A DNA stretch of 64,000 nucleotides, from the IMG/VR virus record IMGVR_UViG_3300028833_000055, positions 32,001 through 96,000 of that record; one strand, written 5' to 3'. Both the position numbers and the translations under genes were made by a program. Shown in pieces: positions 8,494 through 17,604 of the stretch (position 1 is its first letter; each line of letters begins with the position of its first letter). The notes under the pieces were generated by a model. It did not search any database and was not told the origin of the DNA. It worked only from the letters and a program-made list of their open reading frames with translations. This DNA is from a virus (Duplodnaviria > Heunggongvirae > Uroviricota > Caudoviricetes).

Positions 8494-10462
8494 ATGAATA
8501 CAATGTGTTTTTATTCCTGTAAAGACTTGCAAAAATATCCGTGTCCGAAGGACCGTACAGCGACCGCTGTTTATTATCATTCATATAATCATTGTTATCG
8601 TATACATTCGAGAACTTTTCATCGAGTTTCATCTCAAACAGCTTTGCGATTTCCTCGTTTCCTTCCTCGTACATAACCTCCTCCATCATAACATCCAGAT
8701 AAGGATGGTCGTATATGGAAGTCAAGTTGACAGTAGACATCGCCAAATCATCGTTGTCCCTTGTCGCCTTCCAGGAGTTTCCGACCCTCGAGAACACTTC
8801 AAACTCACCGACAGTATCATCATCCGTCACTATAATTCCATCCGAAGCGACAAGTCCCTTGAGTTTTATACACATAATCGGCTTGTTGTCAACCCTTATC
8901 TTCAAACCGTATTTTCTTGTTGTGGCGTCATCCGAATGCTTGAACTTCAAGACGGTGGAAATATCAAATTCATTCTTGTCACCGAAGACATTCTGCAACC
9001 TCATTATGAACTCACCTCCGAAAGCGTTGTATTCACATATAATCCTTATCTTATCAGGATTTATGACTTTTGGTGTCAATATGTTGACCAGTTTGGCGAG
9101 TTTGGTTATGTCTATCGTATTGGACTTGAACCTTCCGACTTGTACAAACTGGAAGAAATCCGACTTTACATAGTCTTCCGACTTTACATCTATATGTGCT
9201 ATAAGTTCCTTCGGTTTGGTCTGAAGTCTGAATATGTTCAGTATTGAACTGTCTCCACCACCACCTTCGGCAAGGTCTATCGACATAACCCAGCAGTATT
9301 TGGGGTTTTTAAGGTCTGATACGTCGAAGTCCGGATGCCATTTCAAGTTCGACCATTCCTCGTCCCAGTTCATTTCAAGTTCCGGTATGGTCCTGTATAT
9401 GTATTTTACACGGTTTTTCTGCAATTTGGCAAGAGAATCCGGTGACAGAAGGGTATTACCGGTCGAGAGGAACGAGTTTCCATATTGTCTCATAAACTCG
9501 TCCTCGCCACCACAGTCGAATATCATCTTCTCCTTCCACTTTTCGTCACGACCCGGTACCTGCCACCAGTCCACCCTTATGGGGTGATATGAGTTCTTGC
9601 CGTCAACAGCACCCTGGTACAAGTCGAAGAACTTGTTGTATCCGTTTGGTGTGGAAGTCACTATTATCTTGGAGTCTTCCATTGAAGATACGGTAGGCAT
9701 AATATTCTCATAGAACTCATCGAGTATGTGTGGTTCGACATGAGCGAACTCGTCAAGGTACAAAAGATGTATCGTATAACCGATAAACGAGCGTTTTGTC
9801 GTGGATTGTGCCTCTATACGGCAACCGTTTGCAAATGACATCTTACTGATGTTGTTGACTTTCACGCCGGGTTTCATAAAGAAAGGAAGATAATTCATCA
9901 TTTCCTTTATCTTGTCCATAATTTCCGTAGCGGTTGCGTATTTGTTGGCGGCGATGGCCACGTGCCTGTCAAAGTTGAAAATAATGTAATGGAGTATGAA
10001 TATGGCGGCAATAACCGTATTATGACTTAAAATATTGTTTCCGAAATACGAATGTTCTTCGGAATCTACAGTCACATCATACATCGAAACTTTAAATTTT
10101 GATTTTTCAACACTTTTTACCTTTGATAGACCATTTTTTGTTATTACAAAATCATCTTTTGTCAAATCCTTCACAAATTTCTGCACAAACCCTTCACAGA
10201 ATACTATATGGTTGTCAGCACATTCAAGTTTGTCACCGGATTCAAGTGTTAATGTGTAAATACGATAAGGTTGTGTCTTGTGTATATGTGTTATCGGGTG
10301 ATAACCATCGTGTGACAGAACTTTCAGATTATCATTTGATATATCTATGGTGTCAATGATTTTCTTGGAGATGTCATCCTCATCGAGAGACATATTCCTA
10401 TACTCGTATTTTTCAATCAATTCTATTAAAAATAGAATTATATTCTTAATAATTTTTCTCAT
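8492..10462 (-). CDS. terL: terminase large subunit, C-terminal part fused to C-intein
   Basis: Walker B LLYLDEFAH, VTSTPNG, RNase H-like SIDLAEG..GDSS and DDLAMS; begins with an intein fragment ending ILSHN|T; start taken at MRKII (10462), 2 nt after the upstream stop. Confidence 0.9.
   Translation of the reverse strand: MRKIIKNIILFLIELIEKYEYRNMSLDEDDISKKIIDTIDISNDNLKVLSHDGYHPITHIHKTQPYRIYTLTLESGDKLECADNHIVFCEGFVQKFVKDLTKDDFVITKNGLSKVKSVEKSKFKVSMYDVTVDSEEHSYFGNNILSHNTVIAAIFILHYIIFNFDRHVAIAANKYATATEIMDKIKEMMNYLPFFMKPGVKVNNISKMSFANGCRIEAQSTTKRSFIGYTIHLLYLDEFAHVEPHILDEFYENIMPTVSSMEDSKIIVTSTPNGYNKFFDLYQGAVDGKNSYHPIRVDWWQVPGRDEKWKEKMIFDCGGEDEFMRQYGNSFLSTGNTLLSPDSLAKLQKNRVKYIYRTIPELEMNWDEEWSNLKWHPDFDVSDLKNPKYCWVMSIDLAEGGGGDSSILNIFRLQTKPKELIAHIDVKSEDYVKSDFFQFVQVGRFKSNTIDITKLAKLVNILTPKVINPDKIRIICEYNAFGGEFIMRLQNVFGDKNEFDISTVLKFKHSDDATTRKYGLKIRVDNKPIMCIKLKGLVASDGIIVTDDDTVGEFEVFSRVGNSWKATRDNDDLAMSTVNLTSIYDHPYLDVMMEEVMYEEGNEEIAKLFEMKLDEKFSNVYDNNDYMNDNKQRSLYGPSDTDIFASLYRNKNTLYS
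10019..10462 (-). mobile_element. split intein C-fragment (148 aa)
   Basis: Block B-like LECADNHIV, block F MYDVTV, block G SHN followed by Thr+1. Confidence 0.85.
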
Positions 10463-10464
10463 AA

Positions 10465-11595
10465 TCAATCGTTTGTTAAGAAATCTATACATTTCTGTAT
10501 CGTTCCTTCCTTGTCTTTATTGTATTCGGATTCCCATACAACCAATACGGAATATCCATATTTTTTGGCACATTGGATTTTAATTGCATCATATTCCCAA
10601 ATTTCCAATGCTGTCATATTTTTTACTTTATTGTATGACTTTTCATTATATATATCCGGGTTCATATGCCAATAGTCACCATTAAACTCTATAATTTTAT
10701 TACCTATTGTTAAATCATATGAATAATGATTATTGTTTTTATCCGATATATATTTTTGTTTTTCCGGAATATCTATTTTTAAATATTTACATATTCTTTC
10801 TTTACATTGTTTTTCAAAATTACTTATAGGTGTTCTAGAATCACCATCGTGTTCAAATGAGTTAAACAAAGATTTTTTCCATTTCTCTTGTCTTTCCTTC
10901 CATCTTTTATAACCGTCTTCCAATCCGTACTTTTCAATACATTTCTCCAATGTGAATGTCCTTTGTCTTTCAGAAACTTTCTCTTTTGCTTCCTCTTCCG
11001 AATATCCCTTTTTTATCCAATATTCAATCTGATTTGTTGATTTATCAGTTCTATCACATTGGAGGTGTTTCCTTATATTTTTCTCCTTTTCATTGTCCGA
11101 CATTCCTTCATATCCTTTGAATGATTTTGAAAACGGAGAAATGGATTTCCTATGTTCTTCCGTAGTGTTGCATTTTGCGTTTGGATTCTTATCACCAGAC
11201 ATTTTTTCAGAGTACATTTTTTTCACTTCCGGTCTATTCATAAACTTCTTTGACTTTTCAGAAAGTGTTTTTGATGTCTTTTCACAAACAAGTTTTGCAT
11301 CCGGAAACTCTTCCATATACTCCTCTATGGTTTTGTCCGGATGCCTTTCGTTAAACCATCTTCCAGTTATACGGGGTGTTGCAAGACCATTCCATCTGTC
11401 AATCACATAATCAACATTTTCAATTCCTTCAAGAAGTTTCTTCTGTTTAACTATGAAAGCGGAAGCCTTATTCCTTTTTAATTTTTCTTTCTTTACTATT
11501 TCGGAACATTCATTGCAGAAATGAACATAACCCGATTCGGCTTCAAATTCTTTACCACACCTTTCACAAACTTTTATACATTTCTTTTTACTCAT
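10465..11595 (-). CDS. free-standing homing endonuclease, Vsr-like PD-(D/E)xK family
   Basis: C-terminal YDLTIGNKIIEFNGDYWH...VLVVWESE; N-terminal CxxC...CxxC; AT-rich; lies between the intein halves. Confidence 0.8.
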   Translation of the reverse strand: MSKKKCIKVCERCGKEFEAESGYVHFCNECSEIVKKEKLKRNKASAFIVKQKKLLEGIENVDYVIDRWNGLATPRITGRWFNERHPDKTIEEYMEEFPDAKLVCEKTSKTLSEKSKKFMNRPEVKKMYSEKMSGDKNPNAKCNTTEEHRKSISPFSKSFKGYEGMSDNEKEKNIRKHLQCDRTDKSTNQIEYWIKKGYSEEEAKEKVSERQRTFTLEKCIEKYGLEDGYKRWKERQEKWKKSLFNSFEHDGDSRTPISNFEKQCKERICKYLKIDIPEKQKYISDKNNNHYSYDLTIGNKIIEFNGDYWHMNPDIYNEKSYNKVKNMTALEIWEYDAIKIQCAKKYGYSVLVVWESEYNKDKEGTIQKCIDFLTND

Positions 11596-11598
11596 ATA

Positions 11599-12132
11599 TT
11601 ATAATTTTCGATAAATTTTCATTAAAAAATGTTTTATACGAGATAAAATTCCATCTTTTTTCTCATAATAAACATCCTCAATGTATTTATGAAAGTTATT
11701 TTCATTTTGTTGTAATTCTAACTCGTTGAAAATGTGGCATTTACCCGTTTGTCTCGATGTTAAAGAAATTGAAAATCTGTTATTTACATAAGATTCCAAC
11801 ATCTCCTCCTGATAATCTCTCAGTTTCAAGGGCTGATAACCCTTTGTTCCCTGCAAGCAATATCCGTAGTTGTTGGCGAAATAGAAAATGTCGTTTGCAC
11901 ATTTCGTCAACTCCTGTATTTCCTCCGGTGTATATTCGAAAATTATATTCGGGTCTCTGATACCTATCATACCGTCCAGCCAGGGACTATCCTTGTGTGC
12001 TATACCTTCTGCATAGTCTCTCATCCAGTCGTCAACCTTTTTGGTCGACCAGACGGTTTTCTTTTTCTGTGTCTTATTTGTCTTGACCACCTTCGGTGAG
12101 GTGGCGGTGTTATCATCTACTATTCTTCCCAT
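11599..12132 (-). CDS. terL: terminase large subunit, N-terminal part fused to N-intein
   Basis: EYTPEEIQELTKC..DIFYFANNY, LRDYQ (Q motif), SRQTGK then Cys. Confidence 0.88.
   Translation of the reverse strand: MGRIVDDNTATSPKVVKTNKTQKKKTVWSTKKVDDWMRDYAEGIAHKDSPWLDGMIGIRDPNIIFEYTPEEIQELTKCANDIFYFANNYGYCLQGTKGYQPLKLRDYQEEMLESYVNNRFSISLTSRQTGKCHIFNELELQQNENNFHKYIEDVYYEKKDGILSRIKHFLMKIYRKL
11602..11739 (-). mobile_element. split intein N-fragment (46 aa)
   Basis: Cys1 directly after Walker A Lys (RQTGK|CHIFNE...); ORF stops 46 codons later. Confidence 0.75.
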
Positions 12133-12154
12133 AAAATTGTTTTATTATATAGAA

Positions 12155-12877
12155 TTAAACCCCCTTTGGTAGAAACTCCGGTTTCATTTTGGGGCATTTT
12201 GTAAACATAAGACTTGATGTAACGAATTTGTCAGAAAATTTCCAGTTACTCAAATCCTTGCATAAACTATCACAACCGTAGAACATTTCGGCGGTATGAA
12301 CCACATTGGACACATCCCATTTACTTATGTCCCTGTCAAAATCCTTACAATTCTGAAACATTCCGGTCATATATACTTCATTCTCCGTATTGAATTTCCA
12401 GTTGTCTACATTACCGTTAAATTTATGGCAGTCTTTGAACATCTCCGTAAAGATGATGACATTGGATACATCCCATTTGTCTAGATTGCAATTAAATTTA
12501 TTACAGTTGTAGAACATTCTATATGTATTCTTGCAATTCGATGTGTTCCAACCGGACACATCCCCGCAAAAATCGGTAAATTGAAATATACCCCTCATAT
12601 TCTCAACATTGGAAACATCGACATCGTTCAAATTACAATCATCACCCCTGAGGTCTACCAAATTTCCAATTAATCTGTTTAATATGGAATTAACCGAATC
12701 TTCATCATCATCTTCCTTTATAATGATATAATATCCGTTCTTATGTCTTTTTCCATTCATATCGGTGAAATCGTGTATTCCCACTCCTTCCGGAAGTTTG
12801 TCCAACATCGGAAGTTTATTCTCTGTTCTTTCAATTTCACCGAAATATTCTTCCGTTAAATTCTTTAAAATTCCCAT
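12155..12877 (-). CDS. DUF285/BspA-type LRR protein with MGILKNLT leader
   Basis: WDVSNV..M..MF repeats (~5); shared N-terminal tag. Confidence 0.85.
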   Translation of the reverse strand: MGILKNLTEEYFGEIERTENKLPMLDKLPEGVGIHDFTDMNGKRHKNGYYIIIKEDDDEDSVNSILNRLIGNLVDLRGDDCNLNDVDVSNVENMRGIFQFTDFCGDVSGWNTSNCKNTYRMFYNCNKFNCNLDKWDVSNVIIFTEMFKDCHKFNGNVDNWKFNTENEVYMTGMFQNCKDFDRDISKWDVSNVVHTAEMFYGCDSLCKDLSNWKFSDKFVTSSLMFTKCPKMKPEFLPKGV

Positions 12878-12907
12878 AAATATACTATATATTCTTAATT
12901 ATTTATG
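12875..12907. promoter_or_regulatory. overlapping divergent CATAAATA late promoters
   Basis: CATAAATA 12875-12882 (+) overlaps the ATG of the - gene; TATTTATG 12900-12907 (-). Confidence 0.6.
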
Positions 12908-12909
12908 TT

Positions 12910-13488
12910 ATGAAATTTGGATTTGACAAGAATACAGGTATTTACGGTCCGAAAAAGGATGAAAACATATATTTCGGAGGCAGTCAAGGCGGTGGTATTA
13001 TCGTCGATGACAAAAAGAATAAAGTAAGATACATCATAGAAAAGGATGGAACTATAACTTGGTTGCTTTCAACGAGAAAAGACCTTCATCTGTACGATAT
13101 GAGAGACGGAAGAATGATTGCCGACAGAGTTATGAGAAAATTCGGAAACGGACACAAATACTCCGATTTCAGATATTTCGTAAGGAATATGAGGGGGGCG
13201 GACGAAAGTTTTCTACCGACATTCGATGAGTTCATAAATGAAAACAAAATGCATTTTGAATGTACTTGTGCAGATGTGACACCCGAAGAATGGGATGAAC
13301 GTATGAAAGGACGGAAAAAAATGGACTACAAAACACTTGTTGAAAAAATAAGAAAGGATTGTCCGGACATTTATAGAAAACTTCGTTTGGAACTTCATAA
13401 TCCATACAAGGATGAATGTTATGAAACAGACACACACTATATTCTGACACATTCAGCAACAAATTATTTTTTTAAAAAAAGCAAGTAA
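12910..13488 (+). CDS. hypothetical late protein with internal capsid-targeting-like motif
   Basis: Internal LPTFDEFINE separates two apparent domains. Confidence 0.65.
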   Translation: MKFGFDKNTGIYGPKKDENIYFGGSQGGGIIVDDKKNKVRYIIEKDGTITWLLSTRKDLHLYDMRDGRMIADRVMRKFGNGHKYSDFRYFVRNMRGADESFLPTFDEFINENKMHFECTCADVTPEEWDERMKGRKKMDYKTLVEKIRKDCPDIYRKLRLELHNPYKDECYETDTHYILTHSATNYFFKKSK

Positions 13489-13489
13489 A

Positions 13490-14095
13490 ATGGGAATACT
13501 GAAAAATTTGACGAAAGAATACTTTGGAAAAATTGAAAGAACCGAAGACAAAATCGATTTACCGGAAGAAATAGCGGATGATGTAAAAAGAAAGAATTTC
13601 ACCGATAAAAACGGTAATAAACACTATGGATTCTATGTTGTCGACGGGAGTTTGGGAGTTCTTAACGCCCTCGTCAATAAATTAATCGAAATAAGAGGAG
13701 ACAACTGTGACCTGAACGACATATATACGGCGAACATAAAGGATATGGCGTTTCTTTTCAGACAGAACGACTGGATGGATAACTATAGTATAGACAACTC
13801 CTCCTTTAACGGGGACATATCCGGATGGGATGTTTCCCAAGTTGAAAGTATGGAAGGTATGTTCATTGATTCCCAGTTTAACGGAGATATTTCCAAATGG
13901 GATGTAGGACAAGTTACAAGTATGTATCAGATGTTTATGGGTTCGGATTTCAATAGGGATTTAAGCGCTTGGGAGGACAAGGTTTCGGAACTGAAGGAAG
14001 TCGGTGATATGTTCTGTGACTGTCCGGTTGAAAGTAATGACAAAATACCAAGCTGGTGGTATGAAGTATCGTCACGGGAGATTGATGGAGAATAA
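13490..14095 (+). CDS. DUF285/BspA-type LRR protein with MGILKNLT leader
   Basis: FNGDISGWDVSQVESMEGMF repeats. Confidence 0.85.
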   Translation: MGILKNLTKEYFGKIERTEDKIDLPEEIADDVKRKNFTDKNGNKHYGFYVVDGSLGVLNALVNKLIEIRGDNCDLNDIYTANIKDMAFLFRQNDWMDNYSIDNSSFNGDISGWDVSQVESMEGMFIDSQFNGDISKWDVGQVTSMYQMFMGSDFNRDLSAWEDKVSELKEVGDMFCDCPVESNDKIPSWWYEVSSREIDGE

Positions 14096-14102
14096 ATAAA
14101 TT

Positions 14103-15038
14103 ATGGGAATATTATTGAATTTGACAAAAGAGTATTTCGGAGACATCGAAAGAGAAGAGGATATAATTATATCACCTGATGATTTGCCTTACGGTGTGGG
14201 CATTCACGAGTTTATCGACAACAACGGCAAGAAACATAAGACCGGATATTATTCCATAGACGGTTCAATAATAAGTTTAAAAACAATCGTCTATAAGATA
14301 ATGTCCCTTAAAGGAAGGAAATGTGACTTGAATATGGTCGATGTTTCAAACATACAGGATATGACGGATTTATTTAGGGATTTGGAGGACTTTGACTGTG
14401 ATGTTTCCGGATGGGATGTCTCCAATGTGAAATCTATGGAAGGAATGTTTTTTCGTTGTAAAGATTTTAAAGGAGACCTTTCCAGATGGAATACGAGAAA
14501 TGTGACCGATATGGAAGGAATGTTTTACGGATGTTCAGACTTCAATAGTGCAATAGGGGGATGGAATGTGTCCAAATGTCTTTGTTTCAACTATATGTTT
14601 AGTGATTGCAAAAAATTCAATCAAGATATAAGCAACTGGCAACTAAATACGGACGAAAAGAAAAAGATAGAAATGAAAGCTATGTTTTATGGTGCAACCA
14701 TTTTTGACCAGCCGATTGGAAAGTGGAATGTTTCAAGGGTAAAAAGAATGGAAAGCATGTTCAGAGACTGTGTAAATTTCAATCAGCCGCTCGGGGACTG
14801 GGACGTATCCAATGTCGGTGATATGTTTGCGATGTTCTCCGGATGTACAAATTTCAACCAGCCGATTGGAAAGTGGAATATGAAGAAAGTGGAAGATGTA
14901 TCCGAAATGTTCAAGGACTGTATAAATTTCGAACAAGACATAAGTGAATGGAAAATCAGTCCAAAAATAAGAAAGCAAGCGGTTTTCGTCAACTGTCCTA
15001 TATTAAAGAGAAATGTACCGGAAAATTTAAGGAAATAA
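14103..15038 (+). CDS. DUF285/BspA-type LRR protein with MGILLNLT leader
   Basis: About 9 FNQPIGKWNVS..M..MF repeats. Confidence 0.9.
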   Translation: MGILLNLTKEYFGDIEREEDIIISPDDLPYGVGIHEFIDNNGKKHKTGYYSIDGSIISLKTIVYKIMSLKGRKCDLNMVDVSNIQDMTDLFRDLEDFDCDVSGWDVSNVKSMEGMFFRCKDFKGDLSRWNTRNVTDMEGMFYGCSDFNSAIGGWNVSKCLCFNYMFSDCKKFNQDISNWQLNTDEKKKIEMKAMFYGATIFDQPIGKWNVSRVKRMESMFRDCVNFNQPLGDWDVSNVGDMFAMFSGCTNFNQPIGKWNMKKVEDVSEMFKDCINFEQDISEWKISPKIRKQAVFVNCPILKRNVPENLRK

Positions 15039-15041
15039 GCA

Positions 15042-15734
15042 ATGGGAATATTATTGAATTTAACAAAGGAATATTTCGGTGAAATTGAAAGAACAGAGGA
15101 TGAACTTCCGATGTTGGAAAGAACACCGGATGGTGTTCAAATACATAAGTTCAGGGATGCAAACGGAAAAATACACAAGAACGGGTATTATATTCCAACT
15201 GGAAGAAAAGATGTTTTTTACCATTTAGTATCGGAACTTATACGCTTGAGAGGTGTGGGGGCAAACCTCAATGACATAGATGTTTCAAATATCAGAGATT
15301 TAAACAGTGTATTCGGATATGAAGACTTCCGTGGTGATGTGTCGGGTTGGGATACATCAAATGTCATAAGTATGTATCGTCTATTCAAGAGATGCAATAA
15401 ATTCAACTGTGACTTAAACAACTGGGATGTTTCAAATGTGGAAAATTTTGAGGAGATGTTCGATGGTTGTGAAACGTTCAATGGAAACATAAGTAACTGG
15501 AAACTAAGTACCGAAAAGGATATACAAGCCGAATATATGTTTAGGAACTGTTATAAGTTTAATTGTGATATCAGCAAATGGAATGTTTCAAAAATAACCA
15601 ATCCATATGGGATGTTCTGGGGTTGTCATGCCTTCAATAGAGATTTGAGCAATTGGGAAATGACCGATGGTAATGCGTTTATAAATTCCAAGGTGGATAT
15701 GAAGAACCTGCCAAAAAAAATTAAAGTAAAATAA
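15042..15734 (+). CDS. DUF285/BspA-type LRR protein with MGILLNLT leader
   Basis: FNCDLNNWDVSNV repeats. Confidence 0.88.
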   Translation: MGILLNLTKEYFGEIERTEDELPMLERTPDGVQIHKFRDANGKIHKNGYYIPTGRKDVFYHLVSELIRLRGVGANLNDIDVSNIRDLNSVFGYEDFRGDVSGWDTSNVISMYRLFKRCNKFNCDLNNWDVSNVENFEEMFDGCETFNGNISNWKLSTEKDIQAEYMFRNCYKFNCDISKWNVSKITNPYGMFWGCHAFNRDLSNWEMTDGNAFINSKVDMKNLPKKIKVK

Positions 15735-15744
15735 TAAATATCTT

Positions 15745-16470
15745 ATGGGAATATTATTGAATCTGACAAAGGAATATTTCGGTGAAACGGAGAGGGAAGA
15801 GGACAAACTCCCTATGTTGGATGAACTGCCAGGTGGAGTGGAAATACACGATTTCACCGATATGAACGGGAAAAGACACAAGGAAGGATATTATATTCCC
15901 AGTGGGAAAAAAGTACATCTGGCCCGTCTGATTGGTTCTCTAATAGATTTGAGAGGTTTTGACTGCAACTTGAACGATATTGATGTATCAAATATCAAAG
16001 ATATGTCCGGATTATTTTCTCCATATGAAGACTTTCAAGGCGATGTGTCCGGTTGGAATACATCGAGTTGTACAAATATGAAAAGTTTGTTTAGTGGTTG
16101 TGTTCACTTTAACTGCAACTTGAACAAATGGAATGTATCAAAAGTAAAAAATTTCGAAAAAATGTTTTATCATTGCTACAATTTTAACGGAGATATAAGT
16201 GATTGGAAACTAAACACCAAAAAAGTACCCAAAGGTTCACCTTCATATAAACAATCAACCATAGTAACCGATAATATGTTTGAAGACTGTCATAGATTTA
16301 ATTGTGATATCAGTAAATGGGATGTTTCAAATATCATATCGGCATATCATATGATTGCTTGGTGTATTGATTTTCACCAAGATTTAAGTGGTTGGAATTT
16401 AGCTTATAAAAATGAAGAGATAGTCTACGCTTGTGTCAAAATGACGGATGACTTGATGCCCAAACATTAG
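15745..16470 (+). CDS. DUF285/BspA-type LRR protein with MGILLNLT leader
   Basis: FNCNLNKWNVSKV repeats. Confidence 0.88.
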   Translation: MGILLNLTKEYFGETEREEDKLPMLDELPGGVEIHDFTDMNGKRHKEGYYIPSGKKVHLARLIGSLIDLRGFDCNLNDIDVSNIKDMSGLFSPYEDFQGDVSGWNTSSCTNMKSLFSGCVHFNCNLNKWNVSKVKNFEKMFYHCYNFNGDISDWKLNTKKVPKGSPSYKQSTIVTDNMFEDCHRFNCDISKWDVSNIISAYHMIAWCIDFHQDLSGWNLAYKNEEIVYACVKMTDDLMPKH

Positions 16471-17090
16471 AATAGTCTCTTCTTTTCACACGGTTCAAGT
16501 GTTTCAAGAAAATCCACTATCGAATCAAACCTTTCAATCTTAACTTTCTTATCCTTCGTATAGACATATTCACCCGTATCCACACAAGGATACTGCTTCG
16601 TGTCCTTGTTGTATGAACGGTTTATCAGCACACATCTGTCTGCATTTATTTCCTGAAAATACTGTGGGTTGTCGTCCACCATCACATCGACATCGGGAAG
16701 ATTTTTCGCCCTTTTGGTGCAGAATGTAACCGAATCATAAGGTATTCTTGCATCTTCAAGCCACATAAGGGTATGCAGTTTGTTCTTATATGAAGGCTGG
16801 TATGTGATGATGTGTATGGAGTGTCCGTTCTCCATTGCCTTGGTAATCGCCCCTATCACATCCGGAAAAGTGTCCGAGAACCTGTTCACGGTCTCACCGT
16901 TCTGATGTGAAAAGAAGAACTCGTGGGCGGCCATTTTAAGTCTTTTCTCCACAAGTGGAAACGCTTCATTCACAGCATAGAATTTAACATCTTCGGTCTT
17001 CATATTTTCACCGAAACTCGTATTGTATATATTTACCATAGTGTTCACACTGTCTCGAAGAACACCGTCAATATCAACTGCTATTCTCAT
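16467..17090 (-). CDS. HAD-family 5'(3')-deoxyribonucleotidase-like protein
   Basis: IAVDIDGVL, IIT, VMVDDNP motifs. Confidence 0.8.
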   Translation of the reverse strand: MRIAVDIDGVLRDSVNTMVNIYNTSFGENMKTEDVKFYAVNEAFPLVEKRLKMAAHEFFFSHQNGETVNRFSDTFPDVIGAITKAMENGHSIHIITYQPSYKNKLHTLMWLEDARIPYDSVTFCTKRAKNLPDVDVMVDDNPQYFQEINADRCVLINRSYNKDTKQYPCVDTGEYVYTKDKKVKIERFDSIVDFLETLEPCEKKRLF

Positions 17091-17091
17091 T

Positions 17092-17604
17092 TTACCAAGT
17101 TATTATAGGAATATTCAAATTCTTGTTCTCATTCTTAAAATCATACCATAGGAATGCTCCTATCTTGCCCGTTGCCGCAACAACACCACGCAAATACCTC
17201 AAACTCAATTGTTCGGTTTCATACTGCAAAGTGTACTTTATTATTGCAAAATTGTCATAACCATCCACTGGAACATCTTTGAAGTTTCTTTCGGTTTCCT
17301 TCAGTCTCTCTTCACGTTTTTTGTTCAGTTCGTGCGGCGTAAGGTCACAACCACCGACTTGTTCATATATATATCTCTTGTATGCAGCTCTATTGACAAG
17401 TATGTCGTAAGTAAGTACTCCCAATGGAGCATCCATAGTATCCATTATTTCGGCCAATTTCCTTCGTGTCTGCCTTAAAAAATAACAATAGTGTTTTTCA
17501 TTGACTTCGGAAATCATATATGCAGAATTGAATTGAAGCATCTGCTTCGCCATATCAAGAATCTCACATACAGTAAGATTGTCATACATATTATAATTAC
17601 TCAT
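17092..17604 (-). CDS. hypothetical protein
   Basis: 170-aa ORF tightly coupled within operon. Confidence 0.7.
   Translation of the reverse strand: MSNYNMYDNLTVCEILDMAKQMLQFNSAYMISEVNEKHYCYFLRQTRRKLAEIMDTMDAPLGVLTYDILVNRAAYKRYIYEQVGGCDLTPHELNKKREERLKETERNFKDVPVDGYDNFAIIKYTLQYETEQLSLRYLRGVVAATGKIGAFLWYDFKNENKNLNIPIITW

Noticed and set aside
10463-11601. Group I intron explaining the terminase interruption
   Set aside because: Only 2-3 nt flank the endonuclease ORF, no ribozyme core was recognised, and both halves have their own start/stop and intein termini. RT-PCR would be the definitive test.
12155-16470. CRISPR array or diversity-generating retroelement behind the repeats
   Set aside because: Repeats are in-frame protein repeats; there is no spacer structure, no reverse transcriptase in the window and no long adenine-specific TR/VR pair.
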